From Paraspadella gotoi (taxonomy: Eukaryota; Animalia; Chaetognatha), in contig CM119263.1 in the NCBI GenBank assembly GCA_051294375.1, positions 31,727,476 to 31,791,475 of the forward strand: a stretch of DNA of 64,000 nucleotides, read 5' to 3'. The position numbers and the translations under genes were made by a program. The notes beneath the pieces are model-generated. The model made no database searches. It worked only from the letters and a program-made list of their open reading frames with translations, and was not told where the DNA came from. The stretch's first letter is position 1. Every line of letters starts with the position of its first letter. Positions 26,097 through 37,828 of this stretch are shown here, piece after piece.

Positions 26097-27613
26097 TCAA
26101 TACCTGACGCAGTCAAAGCGGCCAAGAAGAGGCTACGAGAAGTGGATCTTGACAACAGGAGCGCGGCACACCATTCCCCAGCGACCATGAACTCAACAAT
26201 GGTGGAAAATACCAAGCAAGGAAAGATGTGTTTAGGGGACAAGACTCTAAAGACACCCAGAGGAATCCATGATCTACTAGAGGCCAAGCTAATACTGGTT
26301 GCAGGAGCCAAGAACCAAACAATAGTGGGGAAATACAGAAAAGCAAGTGTCGACGGGTAAACCCCACCAACCTTGGAAAAAGGAATGCAATGCATGTGGA
26401 GCAAGGACCCGGCAATCTCGGTCCTAAACCACGTCTATGCAGGTCTCCCTAGCAAGGGGGGGTCTGCCCAGCAACAAGAAGACTGGTTGTCAAGAGACAC
26501 GATGAGTTGGCCAGGACATATGCGGACTCATTCGCAGAAAAGAATGCGGAAAAGAGGAGTTTCCCAAGAACATTCATTGAAGTTCCCAGTTCCACAAATT
26601 TGCAAAGAATCATAGACTGGCCCCTCTTACACCGAAGAGTAGGAGTGAAACCAACGGACAAGAGGGTGGATGCAGTCGTGATCCAAGAAATGGAGGCTTT
26701 CGCCTTTGAGGCATCGGTGACAATGAAGAACGCGTGCACGGCTCTCTCAAGGGGGTGGATGCCACAGGTTTTCTGGAGAAAGACAGGACCGGACGTAATA
26801 ATAGGACGCGCCACCCTACTCCCTGGAGGTGGAGTCGTCATGGCCCTAGCCCACGCCAAGAGTGGTACAATTATTGTCCGAAGATTCAGAGGGGCAGCGA
26901 AGGCAAGAAAGGAGGCAATCCATGCCTCCATAAAAACCACACTGGCCCTCATCCAGAGTACCAAAAGAATGGTAATATATACAGCAAAAGAATTGGAGAC
27001 TCAAGTGCGAATCCCACTACAAGAAGGGTTCCATATCGCACTCCTCCCCTTCAGAGTGGCAAAGGACAAAAGAGCTAAGAGAAGAAGACATCTCCTCTGC
27101 GCAAGACAGCCAGAAATTGTGACTTGACCCACAGGCTAAACCCCTGGCCTGGGACCTCGGCCTGGCATGGCCGGCGAACAACCCGGTCGGTCCAAGAGAT
27201 CCCTGGAATTTTGACGATAAAAGAGGTCCTTGCCTCATACGATCCGATGGGCACAGCCTATCTGCAGACAGATCTTTCGAAAAGTACGCAAGTGCCTCTC
27301 TCTCCACAGACCCCGGGGCAAAAGTTCTCAGCTACATAGCATTGATGAAGTCAGCATGGCTACGTGCAATTCACAGAAACAAGAAGTCAGGACATCTCGT
27401 ACAAGCACCAAAGATAGAAACAGATTAGAGCTTCCAGTAAAAAAGATAGCATAGGTAGTCCTATTGTACTGTATACATCCGTTTTCAGTGTCTCTGTACT
27501 ATGTCTAGTCCCCATTTTTGTGTCTCTGTACTTGTCTAGTATTCATTTTGTATAACTAATTTTCTTTTTTATTTCATTAAGTCCGAGGAATTAGGTATGA
27601 ACCTGTCCCACCC
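26097..27613 (+). mobile_element. Same retrotransposon, 3' part: zinc knuckle, RHD box, restriction-like endonuclease, 3' UTR
   Basis: CNACG..NH..CPATRRLVVKRHDEL (across frameshifts), KRVDAVV...FEASVT (PD-(D/E)xK-like), late IKEVLASYDPMGTAY, stop at ~27428 and a T-rich 3' UTR. Confidence 0.8.
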
Positions 27614-27617
27614 GTTT

Positions 27618-28275
27618 CTTGTTGAAGAGGTCCCGCTAGAGAGGAGTGAATGGGATTGGGGGTGTGTTGTATATGGGAAAATAACCTGCTTGTATTTCCT
27701 GAGGGGGTTTTGGTATCTCCCCCTTCGGTGCCTTTTTTCTGTCCATGTATAACTGCTTTAGTATGGAACTCCTGTTTACTCTGAACTCTAGCTGAGTTAA
27801 CTTTGCCTGGAGGTGCCTGCTCAACTCCTTCGCTCTCGCGGCTATCTGAACTCGTCCTGTGTCTTTCTTAGTTGATTGAATGCCGCCTTTGTCCCTCCTA
27901 GGAATTTCCACTGCTCTGCCTGCCGAGGGGTAACTGTTTTCCCCTTTAATTTGTCGAAAAAACATATCTTCCTGCGTAGATTCTCTGTTCTCTTGCCCTT
28001 TCTATCCAGGTCTTTTTTTTCTTTGGCTCTTTTCCTCCTGTCTTGCGAAGCTGTTCCCTTGATAATCTCCCACTGGATATTAACGTGTGTGTGTGTGCGT
28101 GTATGAGATATTGCTGGCTTGTTGGGGGCACGTATTCATGCTCCCACTGGAGGTAAAGGGGTGGGACAGGTTCATACCTAATTCCCCGGACTTGGTGAAA
28201 TAAAAAAGAAAATTAGTTATACAAAATGAATTACCAGACAAGTACAGAGACACAAAAATGGGGACTAGACATAGT
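27618..28275 (-). mobile_element. Retrotransposon 3' UTR joined head-to-tail to an N-terminal fragment of the same family
   Basis: 28275-28160 matches the 3' UTR at 27498-27613. 28070-27618 matches 12326-12753. Confidence 0.8.
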
Positions 28276-28300
28276 NNNNNNNNNNNNNNNNNNNNNNNNN

Positions 28301-29132
28301 CAAATCATGGACATCGTGACAAGGATCGTCGGGTGAAGCACCCAAACTGGCCGACGGTATCGAGGAGGCCTTGCAGAACAAAAAATACGTGGACTGGTCT
28401 CGACGCGTCTCAGCTGGAAATGTGTTACCCGTCGATCATCCAAAGCGGGGGGCAAACTACGCCTCAAATTTTCCGTCTCAGTGACAAGAACATTCTCCAC
28501 TTTGGCGCCATCGTCATCTGCCTCGGCGCCAGATATAAATCCTACTGCTCCAACGTTGTTCCGAACGCTGCTAGTCGATCCTACGGAGACGATGCAGCGG
28601 ACATACGAGTTCCTGGCCGAGATCGAGGAGAAAGTTGTGGAAAAGCTCGTCCCCGGCGCCAAGTCAACTCGGTCTACAACGAAGTCCTCGATTTCGTCAA
28701 ATCCAAAGACAGAGTCTCCTCGATTAAGTTGACCAAGAACTTTGGCTTCGTGACTGGGATCGAGGTTTCGCGAGGATCCCTTCTACCTCAACGCCAAGAC
28801 CAAACGCCACCGTGGAAAACGGGAATGTTTCTTCAACGTCCAACGTTCGGCTTCCAGGATCTCCTCAACCCGGAAGCCAAAGACAAAGACGGAGACGTAC
28901 GCTCTTTTTCTGGGTGACACGGTCGTCGTCGGCAGCGGAGGGAGGACGTCAAGACGGAAGAGAGAGTGCGGCGAAAGGAGCGTCGCTTTTGACGGCCGCC
29001 GTCATAGAAGAAGGGTCAAACACCATCGGGATCTTCTTGAAGACGAGGACGAAGAGGACGAATACGGAGACGAGGAGAGGGGACAAGAAACCGGAACTTC
29101 TTGGGCGTGGAAAAGGAGCGCCGTCCTCCGAC
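28301..29132 (+). CDS. SPT16: FACT complex subunit SPT16, internal fragment (frameshifted, probably by read errors or decay)
   Basis: Across frames: LEMCYPSIIQSGG, SDKNILHFGAIVICLGARYKSYCSNV, RTLLVDPTETMQRTYEFL, KLTKNFGFVTGIE, GFQDLLN, IGIFLK, ELLGRGK. These are collinear with the SPT16 peptidase-like N-terminal domain. Confidence 0.9.
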
Positions 29133-30818
29133 TTCACGTTCTACGCTTGGAAGTGCCGCGGCCAAGAACTGGTGGAGCCGCCTCAGCGAAGGAGTGAAGT
29201 GTCTGGAAGATATCGACTTACCCAGCGGTTAGAGTACAAGAGCATGAGGCGGGTGATCCCCCTCTCCATCCTAAAAGGAGTAGGCCCATCCACACTACCA
29301 AAGCTAAGAGCGAGAGTGGCAGACTCTCAATACAATGAAGTCCTATCCTGCCTAGCCACAATGGGAGCACGGGCTGAGGAAGGGCAAGTCTTTGAAGGAA
29401 AAAGCCTCGCAGAGTGACCTCAATACCTGACGCAGTAAAGCGCAAAAGAGACTGACAGAGAATTGGATCCTGACAACAGGAGCGCGGCTGCACCATTCTC
29501 CGGCTACATGAACTCAACAATGGTGGACAATGCCAAGCAGGAAAGACGTGTTAGGTGGACAAGACCTAAGACACCCAGAAGGTATCCAGACCTACTGGAG
29601 GTCAAGCTAATACTAGTGTGCAGGAGCAAGACGAAACAATAGGGCGGTAAATACAGGAAAAGCAAGTGTCGACAGGGGTAAGCCCCACCAACCTTGGAAA
29701 AGGAATGCAACGCATGTGGAGAAGACCCGCAATCTCAGGTCTAAATCCACGTCTATGCAGGTCCGCCCATAGCAAAGGGGGTTGCCAGCAACAAGAAGTT
29801 CTGAGTCAAGAGACAGATGAGTTGGCAGAGACGATATGCGGACTCATTTGCGAGAAAAGAAGGAGTTTCCCAAAGAACTTCATCTGAAGTTCCAGTTCTA
29901 CAAATTTGCAGAAGAATCAAAGACTGGCCCCTCCTACACCGAAGAGTAGGAGCCGAAACCACGGACAAGAGAGGTGGATACAGTCGTGATCCAAGAAATG
30001 GAGGCTTTCGCCTTGAGGCATCGGTGACAAGAAAACGCGCGCACGGCTCTCAAGAGCACAACTACATGCTACATCATGGACCTAAAAAGGCCTCGGGATC
30101 CCCCGAGGGGTGGCCCGCCACAGGTTTTCTGGAAAAAGACAGGACCGGACGTAATAATAGGGACGGCCACCCTATTCCCGGAGGTGGAGTCGTCATGGCC
30201 CTACCACGCCAAGAGCTGGTACATATTATTCTGAAGATCAGAGGGGGCAAAGCAAGAAAGGAAGCAATCCATGCACTTCATAAAACCACCTTGGCCCTTC
30301 CAAGACCAAAAGAATGGTAGTATATACACTGCAAAAGAACTTGGAGACTCAACGGATCCCACTACAAGAAGGGGTCATACTCAGCGACTCCTCCCTTCAG
30401 AGCGGCAAAGACAAAGAGCATAAGAGGAAGAAGACAGCTCCTCTGTCGCAAGCAGCCAGAAAGTGACTGGCCCAGGGCAACCCCTGGCCCGGGACCTTGG
30501 CCTGGCATGGCGGCAACAACCAGAGTGGTCACAAGAGATCCGGAATTTTAATGATAAAAGAGGTCCTTGCCTCTATGACCGATGGGCCGCTATGCGAAGT
30601 CACAGCAAGTGCTCCTCTCCACGGACCCGGGGCAAAAGTCTCAGCTACATAGCACTGATGAAGTCAGCATGGCTACCGAAATTCACAGAAACAAAGTCAG
30701 GACGTCTCGTACAAGACCAAAGATAAATAGATAGAAACAGATTAGAGCTTCCAGTAAAAAGATAGCATAGGTAGTTCCTATTGTACTGTATACATCCGTT
30801 TACATTTCAGTGTCTCTG
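29129..30818 (+). mobile_element. 5'-truncated copy of the RLE retrotransposon (error-rich)
   Basis: Collinear with the reverse complement of 30820-32460 and with 26097-27495. Confidence 0.85.
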
Positions 30819-30819
30819 T

Positions 30820-33211
30820 CTGACTTCATCAATGCTATGTAGCTGAGAACTTTTGCCCCCGGGTCCGTGGAGAGAGAGGCACTTGCTGTGCCCATCGGAT
30901 TGTATGAGGCAAGGACCTCTTTTATCATCAAAATTCCAGGATCTCTTGGACCGACCGGGTTGTTCGCNNNNNNNNNNNNNNNNNNNNNNNNNNNNNNNNN
31001 NNNNNNNNNNNNNNNNNNNNNNNNNNNNNNNNNNNNNNNNNNNNNNNNNNNNNNNNNNNNNNNNNNNNNNNNNNNNNNNNNNNNNNNNTGGGTCAAGTCA
31101 CAATTTCTGGCTGTCTTGCGCAGAGGAGCTGTCTTCTTCTCTTAGCTCTTTTGTCCTTTGCCGCTCTGAAGGGGAGGAGTGCGATATGGACCCCTTCTTG
31201 TAGTGGGATTCGCGCTTGAGTCTCCAATTCTTTTGCTGTATATACTACCATTCTTTTGGTACTGTGGATGAGGGCCAGTGTGGTTTTTATGAAGGCATGG
31301 ATTGCTTCCTTTCTTGCTGCCCCTCTGAATCTTCAGACAATAATTGTACCACTCTTGGCGTGGACTAGGGCCATGACGACTCCACCTCCTGGGAATAGGG
31401 TGGCGCGTCCTATTATTACGTCCGGTCCTGTCTTTTTCCAGAAAACCTGTGGCGGCCACCCCCTCGGGGGGATTCCCGAGGCCTTTTCTAGGTCCATGAT
31501 GTAAGCATGTAGTTGTTGGCTCTTGAGAGCCGTGCGCGCGTTCTTCATTGTCACCGATGCCTCAAAGGCGAAAGCCTCCATTTCTTGGATCACGACTGTA
31601 TCCACCCTCTTGTCCGTTGGTTTCACTCCTACTCTTCGGTGTAGGAGGGGCCAGTCTTTGATTCTTTGCAAATTTGTGGAACTAGGAACTTCAATGAATG
31701 TTCTTGGGAAACTCTTCTTTTCTGCAAATGAGTCCGCATATGTCCTGGCCAACTCATCGTGTCTCTTGACAATCAGACTTCTTGTTGCTGGGCAGACCCC
31801 CCCTTGCTAGGGACACCTGCATAGACGTGGTTTAGGACCGAGATTGCCGGGTCCTTGCTCCACATGCATTGCATTCCTTTTTCCAAGGTTGGTGGGGCTT
31901 ACCCCTGTTGACACTTGCTTTTCTGTATTTCCCCACTATTGTTTGGTTCTTGGCTCCTGCAACCAGTATTAGCTTGACCTCTAGTAGATCATGGATACCT
32001 CTGGGTGTCTTTAGGGTCTTGTCCCCTAAACACGTCTTTCCTTGCTTGGCATTTTCCACCATTGTTGAGTTCATGGTCGCTGGGGAATGGTGCGCCGCGC
32101 TCCTGTTGTCAGGATCCAATTCTTGTAGCCTCTTCTTGGCCGCTTTGACTGCGTCAGGTATTGAGGTCACTCTGCGAGGCTTTTTCCCTTCAAAGACTTG
32201 CCCCTTCCTCAGCCCGTGCTCCCATTGTGGCTAGGCAGGATAGGACTTCATTGTATTGAGAGTCTGCCACTCTCCCGCTTTAGCTTTGTAGTGTGATGGG
32301 CCCTACTCCTTTTAGGATGGAGAGGGGGATCACCCGCCTCATGCTCTTGTACTCAACCGCTGGGTAAGTCGATATCTCCAGACACTTCACTCCTTCGCTG
32401 AGGCGGCTCCACCAGTTCTTGGCCGCGGCAACTTCCAAGGCGTAGAACGTGAAGTCGTCTTTGAGCATCTTCCTAGGGGCTATCCTGTCCCTTAGTAGTG
32501 GTTGTTAGGTTTAGAAGTAAACCTGCTGACCTGATTCCGCCGATTATGGGAGTTCCCCTTAGGCTCGGAAGCCCCAACCCGAGGAACCTCGCAGGAAGGT
32601 GAACAAACCATGTCAGGAGGCCATTCCCGTGAACCCTGTAAGGCCTGGGATGGCTCCTCTTATGATCTTCCGCATCGCACCTTCCAGTTTTTCCAATGCC
32701 GTCTCACACATCGGGCTCATTGCTTGCCACGAGTGCGTTACCAGTCGAAAGTCTTTCCGCAAATCTGCTAAACAGGACTTGGAGGGGCAGTTCACGGGTC
32801 TCTGTTCTCGCCTCCTTCCACCCCTTGATCATATGGTTGGTCGTTTGAGTCACGTCGAAAGTCGCCGCCAAGTATCATGTTCTGTGTAATACGTCCATCT
32901 TCGGCGCAGTCACCTGCCCTCCCAGGTACCTCGTACTGGTAAGGTACTGGGAGTCTCTCCCTGGTGGTGGAGTTCTCCCTGGGGGGAGGATTATTGGGAG
33001 AGGGACGTTTGCTATTCGTAGTGGATTGAGTGCCCAACTTTCGTCCATGGGGTATGCTATTTTTCCTCTAGCAGCCTCAAAGGTAAGTACGGCGCATTTA
33101 GTCGGATTTACCAGAAGGTTCACTAGCGCCATCTTTGGTATGGCGTTTTCTATCCACTTTGCTGCCTTCTGCCTTGAGCTCTGCTCCGTAAGGCCTTGGA
33201 ATGAGGCCATG
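30820..33211 (-). mobile_element. Copy of the RLE retrotransposon from just after YVDD to the endonuclease region
   Basis: ORFs 32875-33210 (NLLVNPTKC, RYLGG), 31832-32170 (KECNACG) and 31333-31752 (KRVDTVV..FEASVT). Contains a 121-N gap. Confidence 0.88.
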
Positions 33212-33753
33212 TCCGTCCCCCCTTAGCAAAAAACTCCAATTACTCGTGATTGGATGGATGGATTGGTATGAAATTTTGTGTGTGGGTAGTAAACTGTGTG
33301 AATGAGATGGATAGGAAGTTTCGATGGAAACGTGCGAGTGGAAATTGGTTTAAATAGAAAAAACCAAAAAAAAAATTTCACTATTTGAACGCCAATTGCT
33401 TATGAGTGGATAGGGCAATTGACTTGAAATTTTGTATGATGGTAAAAAAGTGTGTGATTGAGCTGGAAATAAAGTTTCGATGGAATCGTGTGAATGGAAA
33501 TGAGTTAAAATGGAAAAAACAAAAGTCATATTTACTTGAAGTATTTTTACTTAAATTTACTCAGAATTATTATGTTTATTAAAAATTAGATAGATAAATT
33601 GAAATGGAATTTTGTGTGTGGGTGGGAAAGTATGTGATAAAGATGGATATAATTTTTTTGATGCAATCGTAGGAGTGGAAAAGAGTTCAAATTAGAAAAC
33701 CAAAAGACACATTTATTTGAATTTTTTAAAGTTTTTCTCTTTCTATCTCTCTC

Positions 33754-33784
<31 letters not shown>

Positions 33785-34057
33785 CCAAATTATGCCAATT
33801 GATAAAAATATGCCAGTTGACCAATTTCTGCAAGTTGACCAAATTATGCCAGTTAACCAAATTATGTTAGTTGACCAAATTATGTCAGTTGACCAAATTA
33901 TGCCAGCTGACAAAATTATGTCAGTTGACCAAATTATGCCAGATGACCAAATAATGCAAGTTGATTAAATTATTCAAGTTGACCAAGTTAGCTTATTACC
34001 ACTTAATTAATTAATAATTATCGTAGGCAGATCCGACATTGTTTGCTCAAACTTGTT
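33211..34057 (+). mobile_element. 3' portion of a HINE-like family 1 element
   Basis: Starts at gtccgtcc, is homologous to 2251-2827, has an 18-bp minisatellite (~33775-33990) and ends gcagatccgacattgtttgctcaaacttgtt. Confidence 0.75.
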
Positions 34058-34655
34058 ATTGAATAAATGAATTAAGTTATATACTTTTTTCCTAGATAAT
34101 ATTGATCAAGTTGATATCGATTTAGTGGCTTGAATAGAGAGGGGTAGGAATAAAAGAGATAGGAAAAGGAGAAAGAGAGAGGAAGAGACAGGAAAAGGAG
34201 AGAGAGAGAAAGTGATATAAAAAAGAGAGAGATGGTAGAAAGATGAAATCAGTTGGACAGAAAAAGATTTGAAATAAATCGAGAACAGATTTTTGTGTTG
34301 ACAAGATTTTAAAATTTTAAAATCCGAGATGTGAAAAGTGAATGGTGAGTATTAAAATTTTTTAACAAAACAATTTACTATTTAAGTTTTTACACCGTTT
34401 TTTACACCGCGTTACCATATGTACCTAATACTGTCAGTTCAAATTAAAAGTGGACTTTATGTCTATTTTTTATCTACAGTCAATAATGTCGCTATCTTAC
34501 CTAACAGTTCTTTCATTAATGGTATTAATGATAATGTCACATCTGACATAATTTTCTAATCACCCGATAAAATCTTACCAACCGAATTTCACATTTTTTT
34601 GCGTTTCTTCCTCTCACAGATTTTTTTCTTTCTTCACTTTTTTCGGTAATTCGCT

Positions 34656-34705
<50 letters not shown>

Positions 34706-35279
34706 TCTCGCCCTTCGCATTTTCCGCGTAAACAACATTAAAGAAATGATGTAGGATTTGATGTTGTGGTTGAAGGGAACATTAGATAAATGATGGTGAG
34801 GTTTATGTTGTGATTGTAAAGATTTTTAAAGAACCAAAAGAAGATTTGACGTTGTGCTTATTTGGAACATTCTGAGAAAATTATGGGGAATGCAAAGTTG
34901 ATTGGTAAATTATATCAATTTTTGAAAAGTAAAAGATTCGGTTAAGGAATAGGAATTCAGCTAAGGGACTTGGTTTCTAATTAGGGTTAGGGATTATGGT
35001 TAGGATTTAGCATTTAGGGTCAGAGGTTAAACTTTGAAGTTAGGGATAAGGGTTAGGGTTAGCTTAGGGTTTGGTGAGGATTTTGTGAGGGTAAGGAATT
35101 TATTTATAAGTTTAAGAATTGTTGGTTTTTTCTTTAATTTCGTTGGTAAAAGATTTAATGGAATGAAATTTGGATTTTCACAACGAATTTATTTATTATT
35201 GGCAGACATTTTATGAACGTCATTTCGTTCTTTATCAGTACATATTTGTAGTTTAAAAAAAAGTCCGGCTTCTCTCTCT

Positions 35280-35359
<80 letters not shown>

Positions 35360-35430
35360 TGTTCTTCAATTCATTCATTCTTTCTTTTTTCCTTTCTTTC
35401 TTTTCTTTTCTTCTTTGTTTCCATATTTTT

Positions 35431-35478
<48 letters not shown>

Positions 35479-35520
35479 TCCTCTTTATTTCTTTTCTTTT
35501 CGTTTTTCTTTCTATCTTTT

Positions 35521-35556
<36 letters not shown>

Positions 35557-37299
35557 TTTTTCCTCTTTCTTTCTTTTTTTTTCTTTCTTTTCTTTTCTTT
35601 TTTCTTTCTTTCTTTTTTCTTTTTTTCTTTTCTTCTTATTTTTCTCTCCAGACAAATTACGTTTTCTCGTCCTTTCCTGTTCAACTCTCTCTCTCTTTTT
35701 CTCTCTCTCTATCTCTCCTTGTTTTTTATGTTTCTTTTTTCGTTTGAGACACTTAGCTTTTAGCAGGAAGAAGAAAGAGGTAATGAATACATGAGAGAAA
35801 AGAAGGAAGATAAAGTTCTACTAGAAAAAAATATAATTTGAAAAAATAAGGAAAAAATAAATATAACTAAATAAATAGATAATTAAATTGAATCTATTTT
35901 GAAAATTTTTATTTACAAATACTCTTGAAATTTTTATAAGAATTGACATTTGAAACATAGTCAGATAAATTATTTTTTCTTTTCTTTTCTTTTCTTCTCT
36001 TCTCTTTTCTTCTCTTTTCTATTTCTTTACTCCTTTTTATATTCTCTTTACTTCTCTTTTTTTCGCTTTTCTTTTTCTTCTTTTTTAAAATTTTCTCTTT
36101 ACTTCTCTTTCTTATCTTTTCTTTTCTTTTCTTTTCCTTTGTTCTTTTCTTTTTTTTCCTCTCATTTTTTCAATTTTCTCAAAATCTCATTTTTTATTTT
36201 CACAGAGCGAGTTTCTATGGGCGACTGACAAATACTCTTGTCTTTTTCAAACTTAGTCTCAACTTTCTTTTCGCGACATTTTTCTCCAATCTCTCTCTCT
36301 CTTTCTCTCTCTCTCTCTGTCTGTCTTTCTCTCTCTATCTCTCTGTCCCTCTCTGTCGCACTCACTTCAACGATTGCGCCAGACCAAGAGACCGTCGCTA
36401 AAATGACAAATTAGTTTTTACCTGCAAAGAAACAGAAGCGGGACAAAAAAACAACTAAAAAACGAGAAAAAAACACAGAAAAAACAGAGAAAAGAAAGAA
36501 AAAAACCAGAAAAACATCCACAGAAACAAATAGAAATTAATAACTTTTTTTATGTAAAATTATAAATGAGATTATAAATGAGATTGTTAAGCCGTTCTGG
36601 GAGTGACTAAACGAGACTGTGAGAGAGTCTTAATTAAAAGCTTGCAAGGTCCTGTTATGTCATTATCTTGTGAGAGTGATGGAGGCCTTAAACCACCAAA
36701 GTCTGTCCAAAGACAGGGGCGAAATAGCTTATTGAAAATTTTGTTATCGTTTGTACTAATTTCATTGTGAGAGGTACATTAAATACAGCGTTCGAGAAGT
36801 CACCTTGTTCGTTCTCTCATTCTTTACATATTTCTATCTTTCTTTTTTATAATTTGATTTATATTCAAGCTCCCTAATAATTATATTTTTTTATTTTTCT
36901 CAGACAGACCGACCAAAAAAGCATTATATCAAGTCAAGTCGCGACTAAAAAAGTTTTAAAACCAATATAACTATTGCACTAATAACTTTAAAGAACAAAA
37001 AGAATAACAGGAACTTTCTCTCTCTTTTTTTTGCAGAGAAAAAAAAGAACATTTTTGCAGGAAAGACAATTTTTGAAGTTGACAGCGACGACGACGACGA
37101 CGACGAAGATGACGACGACGACGACGACGACGACGAGGCATTAGAAAAACAAACCGGATGAAATTATCAAAATGAAATCAAATGAAAAAATGAACAGAAA
37201 AACAAATAAAAATTTGGAAAATTTCTGTGATGAAAAAAAATAAATAGAAACCAAAAAAAAAAAAAGAAGAAAAAAAAAATTTGCCAAATTGATTTCCAC

Positions 37300-37670
37300 T
37301 TCCTTACACCATTTCGTCATCACTGCACCACAAATTCTTCTTGATTTTTACATCTTTACGCCTTTTCGTAATCACTGCGCCAAAACTTATTCTTATTTTT
37401 GCGTCTTTACGCAATTTCATCATCACTGCGCCACAAATTCTTCTTGATTTTTAAATCTTTGTCCTATTTTATTATCACTGAGCCTCAAATTCTTTGTAAT
37501 TTTCATCTTTATGCCATTTCGTCATCACGGCGCCCCAAATTCTTTTTGATTTTTACGCCTTTACGCCATTTCATTATCACTGCACCACAAATTCTTTGTA
37601 ATTTTCACCTTTATGCCATTTCGTCATCACAGCGCCACAAATTCTTCTTTCCTCTCTGCGCCATGAATTT
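37300..37670. repeat. Minisatellite, ~46-47-bp unit containing catcactgcgccacaaattctt
   Basis: Tandem degenerate copies visible directly. Confidence 0.8.
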
Positions 37671-37828
37671 GTCTCAACGCCACATTATAGCGTCAAGGGT
37701 CACGCCGCGTCAAAACCTCATAAACGCCCCTATCTGCCCCAAAGGATTTACGAACGCCACCTGCCCTCTTATCGACATCTGCTCTTGACTCTTTTATTCC
37801 CACGTCCCTCTTGGCATCTGTTCCACAA

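Larger units (their letters stand above)
6290..26097. repeat. ~9.5-kb inverted duplication (6290-15810 vs 16699-26097), probably an assembly artefact
   Basis: The right arm is the reverse complement of the left arm with many 1-nt indels. A 25-N gap (15811-15835) lies near the centre. Confidence 0.9.

Noticed and set aside
33777-33968. Antifreeze-like hexapeptide repeat ORF (VDQIMP)
   Set aside because: It is an 18-bp minisatellite inside a HINE-like element.
34975-35072. TTAGGG-like tract as a chromosome end or fusion point
   Set aside because: It is short and highly degenerate, and similar tracts recur at several interstitial positions.
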